Below are positions 46,401 through 52,500 of a stretch of DNA of 64,000 nucleotides, one piece after another. The position numbers and the translations under genes are program-made. Position 1 is the first letter of the stretch, and every line of letters begins with the position of its first letter. The stretch comes from a virus (taxonomy: Duplodnaviria; Caudoviricetes): positions 32,001-96,000 of the IMG/VR virus record IMGVR_UViG_2974673715_000001, one strand, 5' to 3'. The notes beneath the pieces were generated by a model. That model ran no database searches, was not told the origin of the DNA, and saw only the letters and a program-made list of their open reading frames with translations.

Positions 46401-48250
46401 TTTATAAGAGATTTAGAATTGACGGTAACATAACTGATGGTCCTTTCACAATGGGCGAGACTGTTGCTAAACAAGGTTCAAGTGGTGTTACAGGTGTTGT
46501 ATACGGTTTCTACGAAGATGCAAACTATAAGTATCTTGATGTTCGGGTAACCGCAGGAGTTTGGGCAGTTACTGACAATATTGTAGGTGCAGCAAACTCT
46601 ACTACTGCTCAAATTAGTGCTATTGAAGACCGTCTTCACATTATCGATCTTCAAGGATTATTTGAGAATAACATCCCATTTAAAGGATATACATCTGGAC
46701 AGACAGCACAACCAACAGGATTCTATCAAAATAATGCAGCGGTGACAGACAACACTGGAGGTACGCTAACAGTTGATACTGCAAGTCTAACTGGAACATT
46801 TGAAACCACTGCAGTGGTATATCCTCAGACCTCTAGGAAGTTTATTGATGTCAAGAAGATTGATGGTTTAGATGTTAAGGTTGGTGATTTAGTCGCTTCC
46901 ACAGGTAATATTCGTCTTGGTATTAATATTCTTAATAACTTGAATGTATTTACCGAAGGTAATAGACTGTATTCAATTGTTGCAGGTCAGCAGCAAACCA
47001 ATTATGTAGTTATTTCTGAGATAGATCTTGCTAATAATTACCTATACGTCATTCCTGTTGGCGGATTTACACCTTCAATTGGTGATGTTCTTGGTGATTA
47101 TGGAACAGGAACTGCATTACCTGTGGGACAAATTCAAGTTACAACTGTTGTTACAAATACAGGTCAGGGTGCTGCTAGAGTTCAAGATATTGAAAATATT
47201 GGTTTGAATAAGAGATTATATCTCTCTTCTGTTGTTGGTTCATTTACTGACAATGATGGTATTAAAGGTCCTGATAATTATGCTTCAGCGATTCTTAATG
47301 TTGAAGATGTTAAAGCTCGTGTCAAACGTTCCTTCAGAGGATTCGATGGAACACAAACATCATTCAAACTTACTACAGATAATGGAACTCAATATCTACC
47401 TGACCCTGCAGGACACATGCTCATCTTTGTTAATGGTATCCTACAACCACCTGGTGCAACTAATGCATACACAGCGTTCTCTGATACTATTCAGTTCACT
47501 GAAGCACCTGATTTGGGAGCATCCTTTACAGGATTCTACGTTGGTAAACTAAGACAACTTGATGATATTAGTTTCGAGTTTGATTCATTAAGTCAATCAT
47601 TCAACTTGAAACGTAATGATGTGTTCTATTCATTGACTCTAACTGATGGTGTTCAGTCAAGCACAATTAGACCTGAAAACAATATCATTGTTTCACTGAA
47701 TGGTGTGATTCAGGAACCTGGTATTGGTTTTGAGATTGTTGGTTCTAGAATCATCTTTACTGAAGTTCCTAGATTTGGTTCTACATTCGTTGCATTCTCT
47801 TATGTTGGTTCTGAGGCAGACGTTGATGCTGCTGAGGTTGTTCCTCCAATTGAACCAGGTGACTTTATTGACATTCAAGGTGAGACTGCAGATAGAGAAG
47901 TTGCTGTTATTGAATCATCAAACTCTCTAATTACATTTGATTATCTTGGATCTGTATTCGGACAGAAAGCTGTCGGAACTGCAGCTCTAACAACTGGATT
48001 TATTAAGAATGTTCAGGTAACTGGTGGTGGTTCAGGATACACTTCCAGACCTACTGTTCGTGTTGATTCTATCTCAGGTTTTGAGGGTAATATCCGTGCA
48101 CTAGTTGGTGTTGCGGGTGTTGAACTCAGTGCAACTGGTTCTGGATATCAAAATCCATCAGTTGCAGTTGAGACCACTGTCCCTGATGATTATGTCGCAC
48201 CTAATCTTGCAGATTATGGTGAAGAACTAATTGATCCAGAGATCCTATAA
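28439..48250 (+). CDS. gp7: Giant baseplate wedge initiator gp7-like protein (6603 aa)
   Basis: Lies between gp6 and gp9/gp8. PLFNKFIEYYY, IKDFYTAKGT..LFKLLYG, QDSYYYQDFSYAIKS..HPA motifs; YHYH-like and LamG domains; many GSGY repeats. Confidence 0.85.
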   Translation: MNINKVSQSVVSQTPDFIGNDYPLFNKFIEYYYRSQEKTGLGQNIVNEFLQYLDIDKLNIDILDGATKLVESTTTTADEIVVESIDSFLTKDGSVLIGNEVVYYESTTASPNIALSPGISYEQVKLKWTTLASLLDSFDGTTVRFNLTSQDSPVAAPSAQHLIVSLYGKILTPGIDYTVDGTAIVFTTAPRTRIPADDSTSTYITYQSGFVENTIVEIDNLSGSFGEGKRQFTMTRNGSPYEPVVGEYVLAIYDQRLLVPKVDFFIDKDQFIFLTAPLNGRFLSLYSIEAPIPSFGSGALGYSRVDDNGTLTSVSVKENGSNYRFEYPPKVTINSAAGSGASVTALVNGIKTLSLLEGGKGYSDTNPPVVQVQSPTKPGSVAATLKATVTNGSVSGIEVISSGSGYTFTPRITFKQPGGAILGTCPIVGGQVSGTIPITDGGFGYTTVPTIYIDEPTGTNPIRATLTPVLTDGVITSITITNAGQGYITTPRISVVDPVGAQVLSTTVDSNGRLVGIELLDGGSGYDDVPSVYVVDNRVDATGAYAGGTGATATAAIFNGRITDINITAFGSGYSAANPPEIVIQAPPQAKASATVGLNEVTGFKVNQSGKGYSKSKLVGCARAASGITSYTEDGNAVFTNNTTAAAHAINSDVKCLDALFVKRLLDKYTEQFLPDVPELDYKKIDVRTAIKTIKDFYTAKGTSFSISYLFKLLYGEQVSITYPKDQIIKPSAATWSIDTILRATLVSGDPTNIRDGLLTQDADIADVNVAAASALIENYISIKTSDVEIFELVLSEETITGSFTVPYKTKLAEPLGTEDSIITVDSTIGWPERNGEFLIGNSEVVRYKEKSLNQFIECTRSVNNIVEDWDSATEVASNFSVFVNKGTPQEVVMKIVGIVDAQQTTLTDTGSYYLPGDKLTVSKLGGTGTNAELTTWLYNVKKLINISSITFGGVNNQSATVTCANNHGLLVGDQVTIYGANPIIYNGTFLVTSRDSNTVFQYQLPQPATVVPQGNILVSVDLNKGKSDDTAVLNSIGPYTTNIQNSFFNNNYVYVASTGIPNYKIGPFPGSALLPGNQRKLNRFPLAVTTISTKNNISPGPIGTWVNGVSIWSYKSTIKKTFGAVTDITISNAGSGYDAASPPNITISGGGGTGATSSVTVNGSVNEITVTAGGSGYTSSPLVSIAGGGGSGASATAIITKGVVSRVLINDGGTGYTSQPTITIVGGGGTGATGTASVRGPIQDVTVSNGGASYTSNPTVTLSSGSGAVAQAIVQNGRIISIAIISAGSGYTTAPTIDIQGEGFGAVARATIDVDGENAGRVTGIEIVNRGIGYIQGTTLINLNSVGSGATFTANVFQWTYNLQETSTLDAAKGGVFEGFNNQYGGEYAHLSNPQRLRYLLGDNLFENNAGLVKEQETQLAHSPIIGWAFDGNPIYGPYGYSDPTDQNSAIAKLNTSYQLKAELVYNAVTNQNPVRTAGPLLSEESAGRFVEDYQYVFGQGDLDQYNGRFCKTPDYPDGRYCYFVTIDSTEDGNPLFPYVLGPSFNSVVDTWNLSADAVQQNIPTGVVRYRDPYENVDIDVERAPNASTNAITLENGDILLFEVEDEDRSGIIDQDETDDPDQVFEESPLQLFDYFPKVKLDSKVDIEVETITKFEDASVTGFTIENAGVSYQVNDRLVFDNTDTDGSGVSARVSRIKGESVLTYGFENTSGINYGLLKTTNPHNLVAGDTVFVDYSPVMDNTNKSYIVRQYKGIEEIQIDQTGSGYNTDIPPTIIIDGNGSDGSLEAVVTSVGSIDTVNILNSGSGYTSNPRVILSHPQVFKKADYYVSLIENENYASVNDVYVNDNKEVYICGKTHDISDNLVAFVAKLSATGVKEWEATLELTGGLDDAEFQKLYVDGKDIWVAGRNYPNSSLLNAYNPDIILVKYVEAENGLSATLNFQRAYAGISGSTRSDEITALKKFSDTRFVIGGYTNTNSANPYDAFIALVDTTGTFAIKRKLTSANSSEKITDIVVNGSDVYFSMEIASSVSATAVDVGFGKATIGTSAITIPYIKQISNTVYSFLNTSIAMDEFDEAYITATTRLKSDNTTTTGFWVGKFNTTGDVIYNKRYAVAGGSITAASKCVIDIFGDLNVAVSKIATTDSVRTAECIKIGYNGIIKSHTTQQFNLNNIEGITVNSLAVDNSGDVHLFGQTSWNRNEFIFPFTSGSNADTTGHYTLTSTSTNNSITYADNVAKIYGYNPAGSNSTWVNSHLKITSAQLGTKLNENWTIEFGLYKEASSSQTLSQTQQTLVSIGDAEDATGGLWLYYDVSSGKLELVVTNNTTKLNSAGSALQSTLTTMFADNTWQYIGLKKEGNQFTAYVNGIQAFTGSVSNTALNGKDLLFGQITGRDGTAGTIRKNEQGQYFIDHLRLRNRAITPSVPSDVTAFPTTGAFAFAYTWVDSGWFTTNLSKYDYIDYIGWGLKIDKNADAARIGTQTVQTNTQVGFVRTSVSAVTGVDLTVTNTGFALGDAGFQNLDFDDSATTMNAGTESLTYKQDIWSSRTATVPSPGSRKLKVTAIVRDRYYFKVTPTSKIDNIQELTINQSFNFTVGTKLKLVNATSGAFINSGYIISTDNVNNKIFLSVNNNGWSDDLNQGQLVTEQFSEQSTYGIVGPIPADVNEIEGYNFAQVNNTTPGTFDIDLDKYNLDGTYNAAGGQNLDSFAKFKPHSDIDYAIRIDEVSPSGSPFIVGSVVTITSSDISFNSAYSTAQITNLTGVLKITVIANLTKILQVTAVTNSDQVYVITGTNHYLSTGSMIYVDGNPTQTIGSTTYDEYDGSFAVSQIVSAREFVYKLPSAALTSPATTAANVSIYVKSPVLKMYYGHQYLFDVSHSSMSGGNLSFSKDPLNKLEYSFNSIERVGTPGLTGAGNPTPTVKLKVDEGIVTNISYYFDPSRTGADSPVSDGSYLDVTDSPYKGTFSVQSVQGATITRGADIIRFPLLNEPEAAADVNQASYTTSSVKAVGSIGAIRIVNPGGFYTRLPVVTGIQSTRQIERVAINAPGTEYAVGTYTGVPIGGDGEGGFVEITVADGTDANGVTIPGQIQSVVVTSPGKNYTTATIDVEAITGILGSGLTGSGAELEVVIPASGTGASIFTQGDKVGKIKKLKNNNFGYDYPHDYTLRPEITFPINAQLTSTSILDSITVTDPGSGYSQAPAVVITGGGGTGAVAEATIKNGRLDLIIVKDPGAGYSSTPAVALRSSFNYVVNLDLGLLQFAFPHGIANGSAVTLNVVDTGEGADFPLAAGAIGRLNGTTTYYAITGSANSLEPDQLKLAITASNANLGDAISYVNAGSGRQQLLTESFGGAATANVITSTFLEGELVYQGDSLENSTAQGYVSTNNGWQIGPRVLKIVDYTGDFIEGQRVTGVISKSSGTISDLNIAKGVLEIGSLTKTTGQFIDDVGKPSEIIEKIQDSYYYQDFSYAIKSAVSIGEWKDILIKNVHPASFKVFGELNLSDYGFVPNKETDFQLTKSVELARDAIVPNIQSFALVEPVYSEFNNTEILFRQKRLTSSENILTSVVQRIDDISTLFDGERIAFPLTVGGTNIVANANQLMIVLNGVVQNPGTSFNLQGDSIVFNEPPQPPASIKYVNVTIQNIPTKKISFDNIGGIFPNPGNEMVGTASGNRLTVTSVVGNDVFGFFTQGTTFTPSELVTVGATGFASNVAASNGVTDVQNIGLFTFGEKVTDFQGDTARVESINLQKGQETPLAQLRYTIGPSTTSFEVVAYKTDNSVADAPVADGTFTTGQNYQFGSEIFLLNSITQGSQSTTFGVTRAQSGTTAVSQQEDNPVYGTQISVNNQLTLSKTTGTYQSTPGLYDIQLNEVIIGAQSGVVARVTATSTYQDPVTQEFISQVNISEGSSFFGLLFNRITSQTYPNVVLDDISKSQVRIVDFTDNQTDYNTKFPSNEEINNYVIPYDNASGTLQNETIRNYKLEYGNNDGEFATGEGAVVRKLTYRDTVGTGLFVPGQIIRTRDTKAEVIGANQARKTVYVGKVGRSLRNGGDYHTFTFNNAYLNATNQKFGDACLGLSPGTEAHTFVSGVADSITAGGGATGTFTAATGTTYNGLTGDLVIEIGNHSLTTSNTVLIADNSIGFTCAQDGNTSTKTYPRSTDPASGSARNITAVTSTTITVNVGAVPIDESFAVAASDEFGFGTAAFTIECWIRPITVGAGTRSIFDFRTAATEVAPYLYLDGANLEYYVNGSIVIQGTANIVANQWTHVAISKSGSVTRMFVNGVQDGSNYSDSNNYGTNKPIRIGDDTAGNNHFIGYIDEFRVSTTGRYTAAFTAPTGIFQGDSNTVLLIHFDGVEGQQHTDDWSGTVSFTKDEYFNNDAILETSRKTGAPAGFAGRSHRYYNAADNIEGNIDFIKKEVVYQMRQRYPELVILGTRFTPTNATYDAVTGLLSMTVTGNTFTNGGQFTPQSASYNPSTGILTITKINHGVTNGKRINIKVGGITFTCAEDSNATNHPYPRSTDPVAGKWLTVSNATADTFTVDVGTSSNTTTHAFVSALTNAITVEKDRLKILDNSLTFTCAMDGNTANKTYPRPTDPASKDVALPIVSSSSTNLTVNVGPSPLVNFQPTNATYDPATGAFVMTIANHTINVGTQIRLTANSFTFTCTQDGNSAQKTYPRATAGDGQPDPAYNTALDVTAVGTTTQDISSAAYVPTTGILTVNTSGNHGLSTGNRIQIADNSLTFTCAYDSNATNHTYPRQTDPIRGEWVEVTVVDADTFTIDIGTSSDTSTHSFVSATAGALIKQTGTVTINVGVSAQADQYAHTFVSAATNAVVTGGNYLHTFVSATNNAVIIDEGINCEDDIRDTLNAIIQDLRNGSNNHVWDAASYYVNRTVNPVQIAQIEPAVKETLFAYEKVDDMLQYVITNALWPVQGDHGLTQFTDVSITDSSYTTLNQFTPTNATYNPATGDMVLTIGSHSMTTSSIVNIAVGGITFTCDKDGNDRPTAYPRKTDPAAKAVLAVTAVGGGNTTITVNVGKSSARDQYTHTFVSAVANSVTELNYTTGDCADVYSTVGNLINIITDTITNASASSPVDHLASVTKVEPAYEFVGGTVDGYLETTLAVDYHNAGTDLSYTNQIGPDTQYRFRDAANLIRLNRTAIVDKAAYDMLQRYPTLAQTMPRNQGGASTDGTIRCKTDLGNFLDAIANDLQEGGNLETITGTGFYLFQNGGLRYIRLQVFQSVYAHGRLAEYMKQAVLGTLTDANTNSIVVGDWGVTGAGVSGYFNAVTARIDELIATINNIIAPTGSDFEIAADRLFFNKQFIKEEINGLVLQYLSYVLNGVTYNAGAWNDELDVEDLIVALISDLQAGGTDSTIQEASTYLTAALNIQTIDNVLPAALYAIEQVGILGEYAIENGLFAQAEAGSANSSTQYAAQYTDESAYRDSISTSAINDVVYAWRDLIEIVKDIFSPGGKEARSAAKQLEYNENYYTNELNNAVTNQFGSGAWSTDQENFIEGIVGDIVHDLITTDTYDKSTAYTITLSASSGTFGVGELVTSSNGGEATVLEYDDVNKILYVGAFGGSAWVATNTLSAPSGATGTIASGGVSSAYNWYNNPTNVKIIDRARNLTSNIEGLVSTTNIFPDPENLNATGWTASETTTSVDVTAAPDETQTADKLIASTNNTEHYKYKNFTLNSFETFDSDTTKFDSTTETFDTGSAGDATTQTFTYSIFVKAAEYTKTRIYLALDDSLATRQRAFFDLDLSNGTKGSIFTPDVAITVDAFGVIPHGNGWYRAYITATFGFGFSQLRTQVYTRGSNGALVHAGNGSDGLFVWGHKLNSGALDPYTAASGTLFYSNTDYNIKTFALDNLEDFMGKALDNTLTSPSPLASFYKFYDASLASDYNKSTIQRFIRYHLNVIRNQLAQSTYYTTITNNNAITVPTIKYGNPEVPIGLSGGVKPADYFYGLLSDASAEVETVTENTGEVVQVYKRFRIDGNITDGPFTMGETVAKQGSSGVTGVVYGFYEDANYKYLDVRVTAGVWAVTDNIVGAANSTTAQISAIEDRLHIIDLQGLFENNIPFKGYTSGQTAQPTGFYQNNAAVTDNTGGTLTVDTASLTGTFETTAVVYPQTSRKFIDVKKIDGLDVKVGDLVASTGNIRLGINILNNLNVFTEGNRLYSIVAGQQQTNYVVISEIDLANNYLYVIPVGGFTPSIGDVLGDYGTGTALPVGQIQVTTVVTNTGQGAARVQDIENIGLNKRLYLSSVVGSFTDNDGIKGPDNYASAILNVEDVKARVKRSFRGFDGTQTSFKLTTDNGTQYLPDPAGHMLIFVNGILQPPGATNAYTAFSDTIQFTEAPDLGASFTGFYVGKLRQLDDISFEFDSLSQSFNLKRNDVFYSLTLTDGVQSSTIRPENNIIVSLNGVIQEPGIGFEIVGSRIIFTEVPRFGSTFVAFSYVGSEADVDAAEVVPPIEPGDFIDIQGETADREVAVIESSNSLITFDYLGSVFGQKAVGTAALTTGFIKNVQVTGGGSGYTSRPTVRVDSISGFEGNIRALVGVAGVELSATGSGYQNPSVAVETTVPDDYVAPNLADYGEELIDPEIL
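40676..43620 (+). repeat. Six copies of a ~90-aa beta domain inside gp7 (partly nested)
   Basis: Recurring FTPTNATYDPATG...FTC.xDGN...YPRxTDP...VNVG...HTFVSA. Confidence 0.8.
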
Positions 48251-48253
48251 ATA
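48246..48253 (+). promoter_or_regulatory. T4 late promoter TATAAATA
   Basis: Exact consensus, 20 nt before the ATG at 48274. Confidence 0.85.
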
Positions 48254-48273
48254 ACTAAAAATCGTAGCGAGTA

Positions 48274-49506
48274 ATGGCTAAACAAGCACTAGGTCTAGGT
48301 TCAGCAGCAAATGATAACTCAGGTGATACCCTGAGAGCTGGTGGTGACAAGATCAATGACAACTTTACTGAAATATACGGTGCCATTGGTAATGGAACTA
48401 CACTGACTGTTAGTGTTACAAACCCTGCTGTTGGTCAGGTTCTTAGATATAACGGAAGTACGTTTTTGCCTTCTGACTATACTCAACTTACTTCAGCATT
48501 AGATGTAAATGGTAACAATATTGTATCCTCTTCTAACGGTAATATCGTTATTGATCCTAACGGAACTGGCAACGTAACTATTTCTAATGGAAGTGTCACA
48601 AACACTTTTAATGGAACTACTGGAATAGTAGACTTTCCTACAAAAATTCAGTATAAGAATGAGTTTACAACTCTTGGTGCTGCTCCTGCTGCAGCAACAT
48701 ATACTGGTTATTTCTTTACTGTAGATGGTGATGATAATCCATATGTGAACATTAATATAACAGCAGGTGGAGCGGGCGATGTAAGAGCAAAGGTTGTAAC
48801 TGAATATTCGAGTATTGGATTACTTTCAGATGTTGATATTACTACTGCAGCACCAACTAATAACCAAGTCTTAAAATGGAATGGAACTAAGTTCGTTCCA
48901 GCTGATGATATTCAGGGAACTTCAGGAGGTGCCACTCAAAACCTCTTCGCTACTATCTTTGGTGACAGTGGTAGCACTACAGCGAATACTACAACAGACT
49001 CTTTAACAATTGCAGGTGGAACTAACATCACTACTGCAGTTGTTGGTGACACTTTAACAGTGAACTTCTCTGGAACGTTGACAAGCACCATATCAGCGTT
49101 AACTGACACTGATATGTCAGGACTTACTCAAGGTGATTCATTATTCTATAATGGAACTAATTGGGTTCCTACTAGATCACCTATCACATGGTGGGAACTT
49201 GGTGCTACTGGTAATGCACAGAACTTTACGTTCAATGGTCCTGGTTTCTCTGCAGCAACAAATGATCCTCAGATCTATGTTCAAAGAGGAGCAACATATG
49301 CTTTTGATAACTCTACTAATGGTGGTGCACATCCATTTAGAATTCAGAGTTCAGCAGGTTTAAGTGGCACTCCATACACCACTGGTCAAAGTGGTAGTGG
49401 AACTGCAGTTCTTTATTGGACTGTTCCTATGGATGCGCCTGGCACACTTTATTATCAATGCACAATCCATTCACAAATGAATGGGACTATCACCGTTGTA
49501 AGTTAA
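48274..49506 (+). CDS. gp9: Baseplate wedge/tail-fibre connector (gp9/gp10 N-terminal domain) with C-terminal cupredoxin-like domain
   Basis: MAKQALGLGSAANDNSGDTLRAGGDKINDNFTEIY; C-terminal HPF...YYQCTIHSQM. Confidence 0.75.
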   Translation: MAKQALGLGSAANDNSGDTLRAGGDKINDNFTEIYGAIGNGTTLTVSVTNPAVGQVLRYNGSTFLPSDYTQLTSALDVNGNNIVSSSNGNIVIDPNGTGNVTISNGSVTNTFNGTTGIVDFPTKIQYKNEFTTLGAAPAAATYTGYFFTVDGDDNPYVNINITAGGAGDVRAKVVTEYSSIGLLSDVDITTAAPTNNQVLKWNGTKFVPADDIQGTSGGATQNLFATIFGDSGSTTANTTTDSLTIAGGTNITTAVVGDTLTVNFSGTLTSTISALTDTDMSGLTQGDSLFYNGTNWVPTRSPITWWELGATGNAQNFTFNGPGFSAATNDPQIYVQRGATYAFDNSTNGGAHPFRIQSSAGLSGTPYTTGQSGSGTAVLYWTVPMDAPGTLYYQCTIHSQMNGTITVVS

Positions 49507-49509
49507 TAA

Positions 49510-52500
49510 ATGACAAGAACTGTTCCTGGAACTGGTGCTGTAATCGAACCAATATTTGATGAAATATTTGGTGTTCGTGCAGTCAAAGTATTAAATGGAG
49601 GATCTGGATACGTTCCTAATGATCCCCCACGTCTTACTGTGACTGGTTGCGGAACTCCTGATGAAGCAGCGTTATTATATCCAATCATTGATGCTGATTC
49701 TGGAAGAATCACTCATGTAAGAGTTTTGAATAGAGGAAAGGGATATGATCCTCTAAGATTGCAAATTATTCCTGAGCAGGAAACACCAAACGTCGTTACT
49801 TCATTTGATGTCAATAGAGTATGGCAAAGTCATCCTAACTCTCCTACAACAGGTACGTTTACATCTGATAGACTTAGATTAGTTAGTGATAATCACCCTA
49901 AACCAACTCAGCATTTCTTAACTGAGAGACAACCAGGCGGTTCTACAGATGTCGTTGATAGAAGTTTTGATCATACGATAATCTACCGTGGTGGAAAGGA
50001 TGTTCCTTATGTTGGTCAAAGAGATTTTCAGAAAAATAAAGCACTTGGCATCATGGCAAATGGTGTCTTACTTCATACTCCAGAATGGGGAACAGCAGCA
50101 GGAACTCCTACAAACTTCTCTGCTGATACTGTAAAATACGATTATGTAAAAAATACTAATACTTATGATGCTGTAAATGATAGTGGTGTTTATTATTATC
50201 AATCAAGTAAAATTGTAAATGAGTTTGCTCTTGATAATGGTGTATTTGATTGGGGTGATATACAACTCTACACTTGGAATATTAAAGTAGAAACAGGAAA
50301 CCTTGTTGTTGGTGTATCTAACTTAGATGAAACACTTGGTTCTATTGAAGTTGGTAGAATTGTAGATGAAGTCTCAGGAACTGGTAGAGGTGAAATTGCT
50401 AAGATTGTTAGAGATAATCAGAATAATGTTACTAGAGTTTATATTAGAGCATTAACAGGTGATGCTTTCCAAGACAATGATCTTTTGTTAGGTTCTAATG
50501 GATTTGAATTTAGAATCAGTGGTGATCCAATATCAATCAATCCTTATTATATTGATTTTGGAACTGATGCAGCAAAGTTCGGTCCTTTCACACCTGGTCA
50601 ATTTTATATCGCTCCCGAAAATATTCAAGTAAGAGCAAATTATTTAATTAAATTTAATCAGTCTGACGCATCTAATCAGGCAGGTACAGGACATCCTATC
50701 AGATTTAGCGCAACTCCTGATGGTACGTTGAATAACGGAACATTATACTACAATAGCACTGGTGTATCTCAAGCACCTGCTACAGATTATGAATCAATTT
50801 ATGCTCCATTATTCTTGATGAATAGTGATGAACAAACAAGGATTTATTTCCATTGTGCTTATCACAGATATATGGGAGGATATGCAGGTGATGAAGGTTA
50901 CATGACCCTCAATACATCTGCAGAAACATACACTCCTACTAACAATTATTATGCTAGGGACTTTTATCAAAGTAATAGCAGTGATCCCAACACTATAGAT
51001 AAGTCTAGATATATTGATGGACACTCAAAAATTCTTGGTGTTTCTTTTGATGGTTATCCAATTTACGGACCTTGGGGATATAATTCTAGTGGTGCAGTAG
51101 CAAGAGAAACCTCTTCTTATAGACTTAGAACCACTGCTGAATTAGCGGGTGCTCGTCCTCAGGTAAATACAGTATCAACGGTAACATACGCTGTTACCAT
51201 TTCTAATGGGCAGTTCCTTTTTGGAGGTTCTCGTCCAAACTTTTTAGAATTAGATCGCGGTAAAACTTACATTTTCAATCAAAATGACGCATCTAATGAC
51301 AGTCAACATTTACTAATCTCAACTACGGACGATGGATGGCATGGGCAAAATCCTGTTATCATTGGGAATACTGCAAATTTGTATTCTGGCAATGGAATTA
51401 AATATTATATTGACGGGAGCGAAGTAACCTATCAATCATATTTGTCAGGTTTTAACTTGGCAACATCTCGTGAGGTACGATTTACAGTTCCTGTGAATGC
51501 ACCTACTGCGTTATATTTGTTTGCATATACAACTGCAGGTCATGGAATTAGAACTGTTCAAGAAGGATATGTTCTAGGAGATTTGGTAGAAGATTATATT
51601 TACGATTCTTCTGTAGGAACTCTTGATGAATTTAACGGTAAATTTGCTGTAACACCAGAGTATCCTAACGGAACCTATGCATACTTCATGAGTGAAGATA
51701 GTAGTGGTAATCCTGCATATCCATATGCTGTCGGTCCTAAGTTTTACGGAACACCATTATTTGAAGGAGATATTACACCTGCACAACCAACTGTATTCCC
51801 AACAGATGCAGAAGGTGATGTAGTTCTTGCTGATGATGGTAGTGTTTCTTATATCAAGATGACGAAGAAAGGTGATAATTTCTTCGGACCTGCAAAAGCA
51901 AAAATTCTTGGTGGGGAAGGAACTGGTGCTGTTGGAACTCCTACTGTTCAAACTGTTACTGGTTTAGCACTACTTGATGGTGGTAGAAGTTATGCTACTC
52001 CTCCAACACTTATTTTTGAAGGTGGTGGTGGACAAGGTGCACAAGGTGCTGCTGAAATTGATACTCTAGGAAAAGTTACATCTATTGCAATTACAAATCC
52101 AGGTGAGTTCTATCAAGAACCTCCATTTATTTTAATCACAGGTGGTGGCGGTATTGGTGCCAAGGCAGAAGCAACTATCGATCAAGGTGTTATAACAGCA
52201 ATTAATATCACAGATCCTGGTAATGGATATACTTCAATTCCAAACGTTATCTTTACAAAATTAGTAACACTTAAGAGAAAATCTAGAGCACGTCAGGCAT
52301 TTAACTCATCAAACATTTATTTGACTGGTCTTGTTAAAAATGTTACGTCGAATGATACAGAAATATATGTTGATTCTACAGATGCATTTCCTGGTTCTGG
52401 TCAAATCATTCTTAATTATGAAACAATCACTTATACCTCTAAATCAGCAGGTAAGTTTGGTGGTCTGACAAGAGGTGTAAACTTTAATTATGATCAACGG

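Noticed and set aside
28439-48250. Intein or intron explaining the size of gp7
   Set aside because: The frame is continuous and I saw no intein splice or homing-endonuclease motifs; the length is explained by repeated structural domains
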